In this document: positions 39,120-50,705 of the stretch, one piece after another
Position numbering within the stretch: the first letter of the stretch is position 1
Layout: every line of letters begins with the position of its first letter
Assembly (NCBI GenBank): GCA_002269645.1
Contig: NIVC01000799.1
Span: 124,001-188,000, forward strand
From: Macrostomum lignano
Taxonomy: Eukaryota
Length of the DNA: 64,000 nucleotides
Direction: 5' to 3'
The notes under the pieces: model-generated
What the model was told of the DNA's origin: nothing
Database searches by the model: none
What the model saw: only the letters and a program-made list of their open reading frames with translations
Program-made: the position numbers and the translations under genes

Positions 39120-41043
39120 GGAATCACTCAGTTGTTGCAAGGTCAATGGGAATCACTCAGTTGTTGCAGGATCAATGGGAATCACTCAGTTGTTGCAGGG
39201 TCAATGGGAATCACTCAGTTGATCTAGGGTTGATTACTCAGTCAACTTTGCCTTCAGCTATACTCGTACTTCTAAAGCATTGGTTTGTCGTGGAAACCAA
39301 AAACATATTACAATATCTCGTAGATATCCTTAAAAATAAAAGTATGCAATCAAATGGGGCGTAACTTAATTTATATGCTACTAAGAGTAACTAAAGCAGC
39401 AAAAACGCCTAACAACTCAAAATTTCCAACTCAGATCCACAAGACTACACAGCGCAGCAAGAAAATAAATCCGCATGCAAACACTATATTTTGTTAATCG
39501 GAATACATTCAAATGCGCATTATTATTAATTAAAATGATACCGATGTCATAACACTTTCAACTTTCATAATGTCATAACGCTTTCAAAGTTATGTCAGGG
39601 CTACAAAGATAATCGAAATAGGTTGGACCAAGCAGAATTTATGACATAGAATGAAAAGATGCATTCGATAGTAGTTAATTTGAGACAGGGCAGCCCAGTA
39701 AGTAAAGCAAACAAAAAAGCTACTTTGATCCAACATGCAGACGCTTAAATTAAATGGACAAATTAAACTTTCTTCAACTGAATCAGACTGGTATGGTCTT
39801 GTATATCAGATGAAAAATAGCAACAGCAAGCTGGAAATCCAACCAATAACACCAACACACGAAGCCACAAATCTCACAGCTGAGGATCAAAGCCACAAAT
39901 CTCACAGCTGAGGATCAAAGCCACAAATCTCACAGCTGAGGATCGAAGCCACAAATCTCACAGCTGAGGATCGAAGCCACAAATCTCACAGCTGAGGATC
40001 GAAGCCACAAATCTCACAGCTAAGGATCAAAGCCATAAATCTCACAGCTGAGGATCGAAGCCACAAATCTCATAGCTGAGGATCCAAGCCACAATCTCAC
40101 AGCTGAGGATCGAAGCCACAAATCTCACAGCTGGAGATAGAAGCCACAAATCTCACAGCTGAGGATCGAAGCCACAAATCTCACAGCTGAGGATCGAAGC
40201 CACAAATCTCACAGTTAAACATAAAAGCCACAAATCTCACAGCTGAGGATCGAAGCCACAAATCTCACAGCTGAGGATCGAAGCCACAAATCTCACAGCT
40301 GAGGATCGAAGCCACAAATCTCACAGTTAAACATAAAAGCCACAAATCTCACAGCTGAGGATCGAAGCCACAATCTCACAGCTGAGGATCGAAGCCACAA
40401 ATCTCACAGCTGAGGATCAAAGCCACAAATCTCACAGCTGAGGATCGAAGCCACAATCTCACAGCTGAGGATCGAAGCCACAAATTTCACAGCTGAGGAT
40501 CAAAGCCACAAATCTCACAGCTGAGGATCGAAGCCACAATCTCACAGCTGAGGATCGAAGCCACAAATCTCACAGCTGAGGATCGAAGCCACAAATCTCA
40601 CAGCTGAGGATCGAAGCCACAAATCTCACAGCTGAGGATCGAAGCCACAAATCTCACAGCTGAGGATCGAAGCCACAATCTCACAGCTGAGGATCGAAGC
40701 CACAATCTCACAGCTGAGGATCGAAGCCACAATCTCACAGCTGAGGATCCAAGCCACAATCTCACAGCTGAGGATCGAAGCCACAAATCTCACAGCTGAG
40801 GATCGAAGCCACAAATCTCACAGCTGAGGATCGAAGCCACAAATCTCACAGCTGAGGATCGAAGCCACAAATCTCACAGCTGAGGATCGAAGCCACAATC
40901 TCACAGCTGAGGATCGAAGCCACAATCTCACAGCTGAGGATCGAAGCCACAATCTCACAGCTGAGGATCCAAGCCACAATCTCACAGCTGAGGATCGAAG
41001 CCACAAATCTCACAGCTGAGGATCGAAGCCACAAATCTCACAG
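39120..41043 (+). repeat. Direct duplication of 27879-29251 (end of 29-bp array, 640 bp unique, 28-bp array, here longer)
   Basis: The unique part 39222-39861 matches 27981-28620 at offset 11241, with one substitution noticed. Early array units share diagnostic variants (CTAAGG, CCATAA, TGGAGATAG). Confidence 0.95.
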
Positions 41044-41396
41044 TTGGAGATCGCACCCAGGTCTTAAGACTCCGAAGCCGGTCAATCTCGATAAAAAACA
41101 ACCAATTTTTGCTAGCAAGTTTACTGCAGTTTGACAGCAAATATGCATTGAATAGATAACTTATACCCATCCACTTAACAGCTTCACTTCTGACAATGAC
41201 TTCTCAGCTTATATTTGCCATTCAGACACTTAAGCATTCAACTGGTGTACATATTTGAGCCCAACATTGCCACATAAAGTTCACCCGCCAGCAGTCAAGT
41301 TCATGCAGCACAAGACATGGACAATCAATCAGTCAGCAACCATGTTCATACACAGAGCAATGCCCTCATTATCCAGCTCTTCTCTCTAACACAGTG

Positions 41397-42098
41397 TCAC
41401 GTGGCCTTGGCCCTCTGCGCAGCTCTCCTGCCCACCTGGGCCTGAAATCCAGACTTGATGCTGGCAACTGAGCACCGACTGCCGCAGGTGCTGCACTGCA
41501 GGAAGAACAGCCGAGTCTCCTTAACGAGCTCAGTGTCGTGAGACCGGCACGTGTGGCACATCACGTACTCCTTGATGTACGAGCGCAGCACTGATTCAAT
41601 GTTCTTAGTCTGGAATCTGCCCTTAATAATGAGCTGGTTGTTCCCATCAACCGACCCGGTGGTGCCCAGCTCAGTTAGAAGGTAAGCCAACAGGTGGTCT
41701 GGCTTCCTTCGAATCTGCTTGCTGATCTCCGTGAAGTTGGCAAAGGCGGTCTTCTTGGTTCCAACTCGCATCAGAGACGGAGGCTTCATCACCACCTTCT
41801 TCTTCTCCGACAGCATATCCGGGTTCCGCTCCATCATGGCGCGGAAGGCCCGGCTGAGCAGCTCGCTGTAGCTGTAATCCTTGTCCTCGCTTCCATCTCC
41901 CTCCACAGCTGACGCCGCGCCTTGGCCTCCGTCTTCCTCAGGCTGCTCAGCCGCCGCCGCGAGTCGCTCCTTCGGCGGCTTCTTCTTCTTCTTTGTTTCG
42001 AGGTTAAAGTCTGCTTCAAGCTCCTCATCCACTGCTGGGGTCTCCTCGGCCAGCTCCTTCTTCCTATTCTTCTTCTTTTTTATGCTCGGGTCGAACAT
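41397..42098 (-). CDS. EIF2S2: Translation initiation factor eIF2 beta, paralog A, main coding exon
   Basis: FDP-Lys box N-terminus, [50 protein letters not shown]2-C2 zinc finger CHTC-x17-CSTC. Preceded by the acceptor CCTGTTTGACTCGCGCAG. Confidence 0.97.
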   Translation of the reverse strand: MFDPSIKKKKNRKKELAEETPAVDEELEADFNLETKKKKKPPKERLAAAAEQPEEDGGQGAASAVEGDGSEDKDYSYSELLSRAFRAMMERNPDMLSEKKKVVMKPPSLMRVGTKKTAFANFTEISKQIRRKPDHLLAYLLTELGTTGSVDGNNQLIIKGRFQTKNIESVLRSYIKEYVMCHTCRSHDTELVKETRLFFLQCSTCGSRCSVASIKSGFQAQVGRRAAQRAKAT

Positions 42099-43522
42099 CT
42101 GCGCGAGTCAAACAGGGGAGCGAAAGGCATGGCAAACAATCATAAATCATAATTATTAGTCGCTTAAAAGTGACACGGGCAATGCTTTTGAGTATTACAG
42201 TGCTAACTAAGACCACTCAGCTACATTCTAATTACCTAATTGACAAAATTTGATAAGAATACAACTTCACATTTTTGTATCCATAAAAGCTTGGGTATAG
42301 TATTTAAAATATATACTTGTACCAACAATGTGTTTTCACAGAGTATTTTTCTGAAACTTTATAACATATTTTGAGATACAAAGGTAGTGTTCCGCTATAA
42401 GGAGGGTCCATGTGCCATAGCCATAAACAAAAATATGGCTTATTCCAATTCTCTGTATTCCATAGCCATGGGGACCCCAAGATTCCCATATTCCCATAGA
42501 GCCATAGCTGTAGTTTTAACAAAAAATCTAGGAAACCAAATATTTTGAACCTGGAAGATAACCTGGTGCTTAAACAACTGCAAATTAAGATAGAAAATAA
42601 AACAAACACTTGATTGCCTTTGTAGGGTTATATTTAATATTTTTACAAAGAGTAACAATACTTAATCACTACTGAAAGTACTACTGCTAACTTTTTCACA
42701 TTAATAAAAGTCAGAGTTTGCTAATGTTTTATTGTACTTTATTAGGTATAATTTATAAGTTTTTAAGTCTATAATACAGTATTAATAAGTTTTAATCCAT
42801 TAGTAAGCATTAAGATATTCCATTATCATTAATGGACTGCCATTAAGATTTTGTTGCACTAACAAATTAAAGAATTTGCAATAGTCAATAAGACCAAAGA
42901 TCCAAAGAAAGAGCAAGAATATATTTGACAAGAAGTTATATTATAATTAAATCTACCTATATGCCTAAATAATTTTTTTGTTTATGAGGATGACCATGCA
43001 ATATTAACAAATCTTTTTAATTATTGCTTTCATTATTAAAATATAAAGTAATTCTTGCCTATACCTACATATAAGCATTTATACTTGATTTATTTCTATA
43101 CTATATATAATGTATATTAGCAATCTTTTATAACTTTCTACTGTGCCTGACAGTGCAACTGAAACAACCTTCTTTTTTATATTTTAATAATTAATTAGCT
43201 TTCAATTTTCAAATTTCTTGGAAGAAGAAACTTCTTACGTTTTCTACTTTTAGTATTCTTTTATATATAAGCTTGCTTCTTTTTATTTGTTACTCAATAA
43301 ATTGTAAATCACTTAGATAAACTAGCATTTATATTTAGGCTACTATGCTTCAAACAATTTCAGTTAGGCCCTAATGGTAAGGTAATATTACCATATTACC
43401 AATCAGAGTGTTGCTAAGCATAACATGCGCAACTGCTGGCCGACCTGGCCGATTTTGCCACCATAAATTGTGGTGGACCAGGGGTAAGTTGCAATAATGC
43501 CAAGCTTAAAAATAGACATAGT

Positions 43523-43585
43523 ACTAATTAGATGACGAGGCATTTAGCCTTATAAGACAGTCATAGTTACTCCTGCCGTTTACCC
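43523..43585 (-). pseudogene. 63-bp fragment of eukaryotic 28S rRNA (R2 / I-PpoI target region), not an rRNA gene
   Basis: Minus strand reads GGGTAAACGGCAGGAGTAACTATGACTGTCTTATAAGGCTAAATGCCTCGTCATCTAATTAGT, versus the conserved 28S GGGTAAACGGCGGGAGTAACTATGACTCTCTTAAGGTAGCCAAATGCCTCGTCATCTAATTAGT (recalled from memory). Confidence 0.85.
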
Positions 43586-44104
43586 ATAATTGCATTTACA
43601 GGTAAGTTGCATTTTTGGTCAAAAAAGTAAGTCGCATGGCCAGTGTAAATCAGGGGGGTTGCGCATGTATGTTGCTAAGCAATATTGAATCAATGTATCT
43701 TAAAAAGATTTTTCATTTTATTTAATAAAAATAAATCAAAGCTCATTTGATATCAAACAATTGCACAAATATTTGCTAAAAATAGTTGAAGCAAGTCAAC
43801 TTTTGTTAAAAGTTACAGACAATTGTTTTGAATGTTTATCAAAATATTTATTGGAAATTAGAAAACCCTCAAAGACAAAAAATATTTTATAAAAAAAAGA
43901 TATTTTGTTTCAAATTTTTTATACTAATTTTTAAATTTTATACTAAAAATTAGTATTGCTGTATGCAATACTAATTTTGCATACAGCAACTTTATTTTTG
44001 ACCTCTGGGTTATTTTTTATATTGGAATAATATCAAAAAACAATAATTTTCATTAGGCCTACTAAGTAGGCCCCTAGGCCCTAGGCTATATCTACTTGCC
44101 ATGA

Positions 44105-44967
44105 TCTAGATGGGTTGCCATTATAAACTCGAAAAATCACATTGTCAAAAACAAGGCTCTATCACAAGCTTGAAAAGTCACAAGCTTAAAAAAATCACAT
44201 TGTCAAAAAGTTTAGCAAACATCATCACAAGCTCAAAAAGGCACAAGCTCTAACCCTAACCCAAAGGCACTAACCCTAACTCTAAGGCACTAGTACCCTG
44301 CCTAACCCTGAACTATTACCTTAACCCTAATCCCAACCCTAACCTAAACCTAAACCCTAACTTAAAGGCACTAGTTCTTACCTTGACCCTAACCCTAAAC
44401 CCTAACCTTAGGGCACAAGTTCTAACCCCAACCTTAAACTTAACCCTAAGCCCTAACCCTAAGGCATAAGCTCTAACCCTAACCCTATTCAAGCTTGTGA
44501 TGGTAGTTACTAACCTTTTCGACGATGTGACTTTTCGAGCTTGTGAATTTTTGAGCTTATGATTTTTTGAGCTTATAACTTTTTGAGCTTGTTATGATGG
44601 TTGCTAAAACTTTTTGACAATGTGATTTTTCAAACTTATGACTTTTTGAGCTTGTGATAGTGACTGCTAAATCAGTTTTTGACAATGTGATTTTTTGAGC
44701 TTATGACTTTTCAAGCTTGTGATAGTGGTTGCTAAACTTTTTGACAATATGATTTTTTGAGCTTAAAGTCGAGCTTGTGGGTTGCTAAATCAGTTTTTGA
44801 CGATGTTATTTTTCGAGCTTATGAGTTTTTGAGCTTGTGATAGTATTGGCTCTAATTTTTTTGATGATATGATTTTTCAAGCTTATGACTTTTCAAGCTT
44901 GTGATAGTGGATGCTTTTTGACAATATGATTTCTTGAGCTTGTGATGGGCCTTCCATCCCATCTAGA
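44105..44967. mobile_element. Fold-back MITE with inverted subterminal TCACAAGCTC/GAGCTTGTGA repeats and a central telomere-like tract (about 44250-44490)
   Basis: Ends are TCTAGATGGG and CCCATCTAGA. The motif orientation flips across the central CCCTAA-rich block. Confidence 0.75.
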
Positions 44968-45326
44968 CTATGGTCCTTAATAAATATGTGTATCACAAAG
45001 TGCATGCTATATTAATATACCAAAATTCAGGCATATATGTTAGCTATCAATATCATAAATATAGGCCTAGCTAGGGCAAGGTAGAAATTACAAATAAGAT
45101 GTTAGAAATAGGCCTATCTAGCATACATGGTATAATTAGACCTAGGCCTAGGCTGCCTAGCCTATGGCTATAATTTTCTAAATGTGGAATAGGCCTAGAT
45201 AGGCCTATTGCCATTGCCAAACATCAAATAACTAGAAATTATTTAACATAATTTCTTTTTACCCTATTTATCTTAAGCTCAACGCTCAAGCAAGCTAGGC
45301 TTGGTTTAAAAAATAACAATGCTTAC

Positions 45327-45347
45327 AGGCTCGGCAGGCTCATCCAT
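45327..45347 (-). CDS. EIF2S2: eIF2 beta paralog A, predicted first coding exon (MDEPAEP)
   Basis: Minus strand ATGGATGAGCCTGCCGAGCCT followed by donor GTAAGC, phase 0, matching the phase-0 acceptor at 42098. Resembles paralog B exon 1. A possible 5'UTR intron lies at 45396-45544. Confidence 0.65.
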
Positions 45348-46315
45348 AATGTCTTGAATTGTTGTCAATGTTGAATTATGATGGCAGTGCTGTGTCTAAA
45401 ATCTCGCAGTTTGGTTCAAATATGGTTATGGTAGGCTTCAAAGTCTATATAAGCCTATTATTATAATCTTATATCAAACAGACGTAAGACATAGTCAGTT
45501 ACTCGATGTATGTCACCATATGTGATCGCCGATCGGGTGCTTACCTGACTAAAGTTGTCGATAAGAGTCACCGTGGACAAATTCGACGACAATCTAGTCA
45601 AAATTAACGAAAAAAGGGAAAAATTATTTTTATTATTATTAATTTTTCCGGTACAATGGTATTAGTCAATGTACATTACAGTTTACTTTTTTATTAAGTT
45701 TGTTTTCTCCATTGTTTGTCCTCAAAAATTTTAAAATGAGCTTTCGAAGAAACGTTTGAAAAAAAACCGTAAAAAACCGTAAAAAATTCTAGACGCTCTT
45801 TCAAATACCTTACTTATACAAATATCGTAACTCGTTTTCAGCGATCGTGTAAAAATATTTAACTTTGTGAACAAATACTAAATACATCGTATAATATTGG
45901 CAAAACAGGCTCCTTGCCTGGGCCAAATTTACTACTACTTCTAGTTTCGCTTCTCTTCGTTCAAAAATACCTGTGCGCTACGCGTATATCTGGATATCAT
46001 TATTTTTCTAATCGCAAACACTTAATGCCGATCTAAAACTTTGTTTTAAGCGCTCTATTTTTGGTTATTTACTTCTTCTCCATAAAAATATCCCTCATCT
46101 TTAATACCTTATAATTGCCTGCAATCCTTACATTTGATATTTTTTTAATTGTCTGAATAATACCTATATACTAATTTTTGTCACCTACGGGATCAATTGA
46201 ATTGCTATACATCGAGTTCATACAATACTTGCTTTTTAATTCCTTACTTAAATACTTTTTGCTTCATTAGTCGTTAAAGATTGTTTGAAGTTTCGTAGAG
46301 AAAAAATTGGTAATG

Positions 46316-46610
46316 GGCATGGCTAGAGTTTCGGCACCGGAGCCTGTTTTCTAACAGCTAGGGATCCAGCAGTGCTGTATAGAAGCATATAAAGACTGCT
46401 AAGAACATATCTTAAGAAGTCTGAATATTAGAAGCATCTTGTCCCAAATCTTATCATATTGTCTTTGTCTTAAATTTTAATCTAGAACAAAATCTCAATA
46501 TCAGCCACCTGTAGAAAGAAGAATATAATGTTCCATCTATATTATAATGGCTCTGCCGGATCTGTAGCCATTGGAAAATGGGTTCCGGTGCCGGAACTCT
46601 AGCCATTGCC
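46316..46610. mobile_element. MITE with about 55-bp imperfect TIRs (GGCA(A)TGGCTAGAGTT..)
   Basis: TGGCTAGAGTTTCGGCACCGGAGCC versus GGTTCCGGTGCCGGAACTCTAGCCA. Confidence 0.65.
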
Positions 46611-47515
46611 AAAAAAATTAGGCATTCTTTCAAATACTATATTATTGCAAAACTTGTACTTATGCATAAATATCTCCTTCTAATCTTGAATTATTATTAA
46701 ATACATTAACATATACTGGCCAAACAGGCTTCTTGCCTGAGCCAACTTATTACTTACTACTACTTACTTACTTAGGCCTACTACTTGTTTTTTCATTCTT
46801 AAAGAGGCACAATACGATGTTGTATTTAGATCAAACATTGTTTTGTCAAAGGTCATGAGCTTTAGTTTAAAATCACTTCACTTCCTTCGCTGCAAAAAAA
46901 TATATGCAATGTGATATTTTTTATATTTTTAGCTCCTTACTCTAAGTAGGCCTAGTGTGTGTTCCCCCTTTTAGAAATCTAATATGATATTGATATTATA
47001 ATGATATATTATGAAATATAATATAAAAAGCTAGGTAGTGAAATTCAATTGAATAGATTTGTGAGCCTTTATTACTATAGTAGACAGTGAATGTATACTT
47101 ATACTCCAATGATTTAAATCAAGAAGTTTAAAATACTAATTGTTCCTTAAGTTTTAAACTTCAGAGGAGAAGCTTATATTTCTAGATAGATTTTGCAATG
47201 CTAAGTTTGGGATACAAGTTGTTTGATTCAAATATGAAAAAGCATAGCATTAAAAACAGTTTTAATAGCTTTACAGAGTATACTTTAATTTAATAAAGTC
47301 CTAATTAACTGCAATTAGATAGGGCCTAGAGATAATATTGATTAAATCAAATTAGATTTAATTAACTTATATCTGTTTCTTGGAAAAGATGTAAGGAAGA
47401 AAGATCAAAGGAAATATTATAAAATTGATCATGGTTATAAGCTATATCAGTATATGGTTAGAAATTCTTTATTTATATTTTTTCTTAAATAAAGCTTAAA
47501 ATAATTTACAAAAGT

Positions 47516-48105
47516 TTAGATGTGAGAACACAATAAAAGAGAGAAAGAAAGAGAAAAAAGAAAGATAGAATATATAGTAAAGAAAAAAGAATAGTAAATA
47601 AGCATAGGCATAAGGTAATTGCAAGAAAAGAGAAAATAAGAGAGAAAAAAGATAATAGAGACAAAAGTAAAGAGAAAAGATGAAAAACGAGAGCAAAGAG
47701 GAAAAGAAAAAGAAAAGAAAAAAGGATAGATAGAAAAAAGACAATAAATAGGGATGAGAAAGGGGGGGGGGGAAAGAGTAGAGAAAATAGTGAGAGGAGA
47801 AAGGAGAGGAAAAAATGATAAGAGAAATAAAAGTAGAGATGAGAGCAGAGAGGTAAGGGAAAAGAGAAAAGAAAGAACAAGTAGAGGAGAGACAATAGAT
47901 AAGAGGAGAAAGAAAGTAGAGAGAGAAGTAAAAGGAAAAGGAAGATAGATAACAATAGAGATGGGAGAACAGTGAGAGAGATAAGAGTAGAAAGGAGAGA
48001 GAAAAGTAGAAATGAGAGCACCAAGAGGAGCGATAAAAGCAGAGAGGGGAGATAAGATCAGAGAGGAGAGATAAGAGCAGAGAAGAGAATAGATAGGAAA
48101 AAGTC
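47516..48105. repeat. A/G-rich low-complexity polypurine tract
   Basis: About 600 bp almost entirely purines on the plus strand. Confidence 0.9.
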
Positions 48106-48124
48106 AGTCTGGACAATGGCAATC

Positions 48125-48425
48125 TGTGGTGTCTCAACAGACTAACACAGGAAACACGAGTACGTGGCAGGTAAGACTTTTTGCTGGAAAAAAAGGTACG
48201 AGCTCCACTTAGGGCAACCTGCGCTTATATTTGATATTTAACAGTAAATTGTTACATGATCGATAAATTCAACCGCCAAAATGTCACGTGATTAAAAATA
48301 CGTTTCACAATACAATATACGAATAATTTATTAACTGCACTACTTAAAGTAGAGTAGTAAGAAAAAGTAAGAAAAGGTTAGTTAGACGAACGGCCCTTTT
48401 ACGGGCTCCTAGTCACGACACAACA
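48125..48425 (-). repeat. Gypsy 3' LTR (301 bp)
   Basis: Minus strand TGTTGTGTC...GACACCACA, preceded by the PPT. Confidence 0.95.
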
Positions 48426-48450
48426 TTTTCCCCCTCCGAGAGCACGGACA

Positions 48451-50382
48451 TCACAGTCCCGCTTGGTACCGCTCCGAAGGTCGTCGGGCCCTGGCCGAGC
48501 GCCTTGGTTGGACTTCGCTGGGAAGCCCCGCCGGCTGCGCCATTGCCGCCGCATCGCTGTCACCGCCGAGTTCGCCATGCACCAGCGGGTCGAGCTCGGC
48601 GTCCTGGTCGCCGTAGGCCCTAGCGCTTGTGGGGACCAACGCCTGTTGATTCCAGGTTGTGCCGTCGCTCAGCCAGTACGCGGCGCCGGCCTTGGTCATG
48701 ATCTGTAGCGGGCCGGACAGTCTCGTGGCCAGCTTGCCCTTCTTGATGGGCCGCCGCACTCGGACCCAATCGCCTGGTCGGAGGTCGCTGACTCGCGCCC
48801 GGCGGCATAGGTCCGTGTAGCGCTTGGTCCGCTGTTGCCGGTAGTAGATGGTCTCGCGCAGTCGCCGTCCCTCGTCCGTCTCATTGATGTCTTTGGGCGG
48901 TGCCAGGGCAGTCAGCATCGTCCGCATCGATCGCCCTAGCATGAGCTCGGCGGGGCTCCTGCCCGTCAGGCTGTGCGGCGTGCTCCTGTAGACCTCCAGG
49001 AACTGGGTGATGGCGTCGGACAGCGGCGTGCAGTCTGCCTTGGCCGCTCGAATGCTGGAAAGCAGCGTCCGGTTGAGCCGCTCAGTCTGGCCGTTCGTGC
49101 TCGGGTGGTAGAGGCTGGTCTTGCGGTGTTGGATACCCCGAGCTCGCAGGAACTCTGTGAAGGCCGCGCCGAACTGCGGGCCGTTGTCGCTGATGACCTT
49201 CTTGCAGAGACCCCAGCGAGCGAACAGGGACCGCATCACCTTGCAGACGGTTTCGGTTGTGATGCTAGCCGTGGCGAAGACCACCGGCCACTTGCTATGC
49301 AGGTCCGTAACCACCAGCAGGAACCGGGACGATTGCGGCGCTTCGTGCAGTTCACCGACGATGTCGACGGCGATCTCCTCCCACGGACCCGCGGGCCACT
49401 CGATCGGCTGCAGCGGCGCTGGGTGCAGCTTGAAGTTCTTCTCCGCCGTCTCACACGCGCCGCAGCCCCTGATGAAGGTTTCGACATCAGCGTCGAGTCG
49501 CGGCCACCAGACGGACTCTCGCAGGATCTGTTTTGTGCGCACCACGCCTGGGTGTCCGGTGTGCGCCTGTTCCAAGACGCCGCGCCTCAGCTCCGCCGGA
49601 ATGACGGCTCGCTCCTGAAACGCCAGGCAGGAAGCGTCGTGCCAGACGCTTAGGTGTTGTCGCGCCAGCAGGTACGGCTTGAGTTCGGAGTCCGCGGTGC
49701 GCCTGGGCCAGTCGCCGTTCAACACGTGTTGCCGCACCCGTCGCAGCGTCTCGTCCTTGGTCGTCGCCTCCGCCAGCTCGGACAGTGACAACGCGGGCAC
49801 CCTGGGCATCGCGGTGTCGGGCAGCTGGACGAAGTTCATGTCGGAGCCGTTGCTCCACCGGGACAGGAGGTCGGCCATGCAGTTGCTCTCGCCGGGTAGA
49901 TAGCGGACGTGGAAGTCATACTGTTGGTACCTGTCGCACCACCTGTGGATGCGGAGCGGCCGGTGCCCGGTGCCGCTAGGTCCCATCAGCAGCTGCCGCA
50001 GAGACTGATGATCCGTTCTGAGCTCAAAGTGCCTCCCGTACAGGAAGAAATGCCACTTTTCCATGGCCCAGAGACACGCCAGGGCTTCTCGTTCGTTGGC
50101 TGCGTAGCGCCGCTCGGTCTCTGTGAGCGCTCGGGCGGCGAAGGCGATCGGCCGCTCGACGCCGTCCTGCAGCTGGGACAGCTGGGCGCCCAGGGCGACT
50201 GAGCTGGCGTCCGTAGTGACAATCGTAACGGCTGCGGGGTCGAACAAAGCCAAAACTGGCGGGCTGCTGACCGCCTGCTTCAGCGCGTCGAAAGACTGCT
50301 GGCACTCTTCGGACCAGCTGAACTCCGCGTCGGCCTTAAGCAGCTTGCGCAGCGGCTCCGTGATGTCCGAGAAGTGCGGGAT
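48451..50382 (-). pseudogene. Gypsy pol, RT-thumb/RNase H/integrase part (ORF 48451-50253 plus in-frame upstream codons to 50382)
   Basis: TTDASSVALGA, ANEREALAC, TDHQSL (RNase H); HTGHPG..CGAC (HHCC); AVDIVG, ISDNGPQF, NGQTERLNR (DDE integrase). Confidence 0.95.
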
Positions 50383-50391
50383 GGGGGAAAA

Positions 50392-50686
50392 TGTTGTGTC
50401 GTGACTAGGAGCCCGTAAAAGGGCCGTTCGTCTAACTAACCTTTTCTTACTTTTTCTTACTACTCTACTTTAAGTAGTGCAGTTAATAAATTATTCGTAT
50501 ATTGTATTGTAATGTATCGTATTCACGTGACATTTTGGCGGTTGAATTTATCGATCGTGTAACAATTTACTGTTAAATATCAAATATAAGCGCGGGTTGC
50601 CCTAAGTGGAGCTCGTACCTTTTTTCCGGCAAAAAGTCTTACCTGCCACGTACTCGTTTCCTGTGTTAGTCTGTTGAGACACCACA
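50392..50686 (+). repeat. Third, inverted internal LTR copy flanked by PPT remnant (50383-50391) and PBS (50688-50705)
   Basis: GGGGGAAAA-TGTTGTGTC...GACACCACA-T-TGGCGACGAGGATAGGAT. Reverse complement of the two terminal LTRs. Confidence 0.95.
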
Positions 50687-50705
50687 TTGGCGACGAGGAT
50701 AGGAT

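Noticed and set aside
41397-42098. eIF2-beta copies as processed retrogenes
   Set aside because: Both have a splice acceptor directly before the ATG and a candidate upstream exon with donor. No poly(A) remnant or TSD was seen.
43523-43585. Functional rRNA gene
   Set aside because: Only 63 bp of similarity, with no flanking rDNA.
47496-48137. Hydrophobic 172-213-aa Phe/Leu/Ser-rich ORFs resembling membrane proteins
   Set aside because: Antisense translation of a polypurine low-complexity tract.
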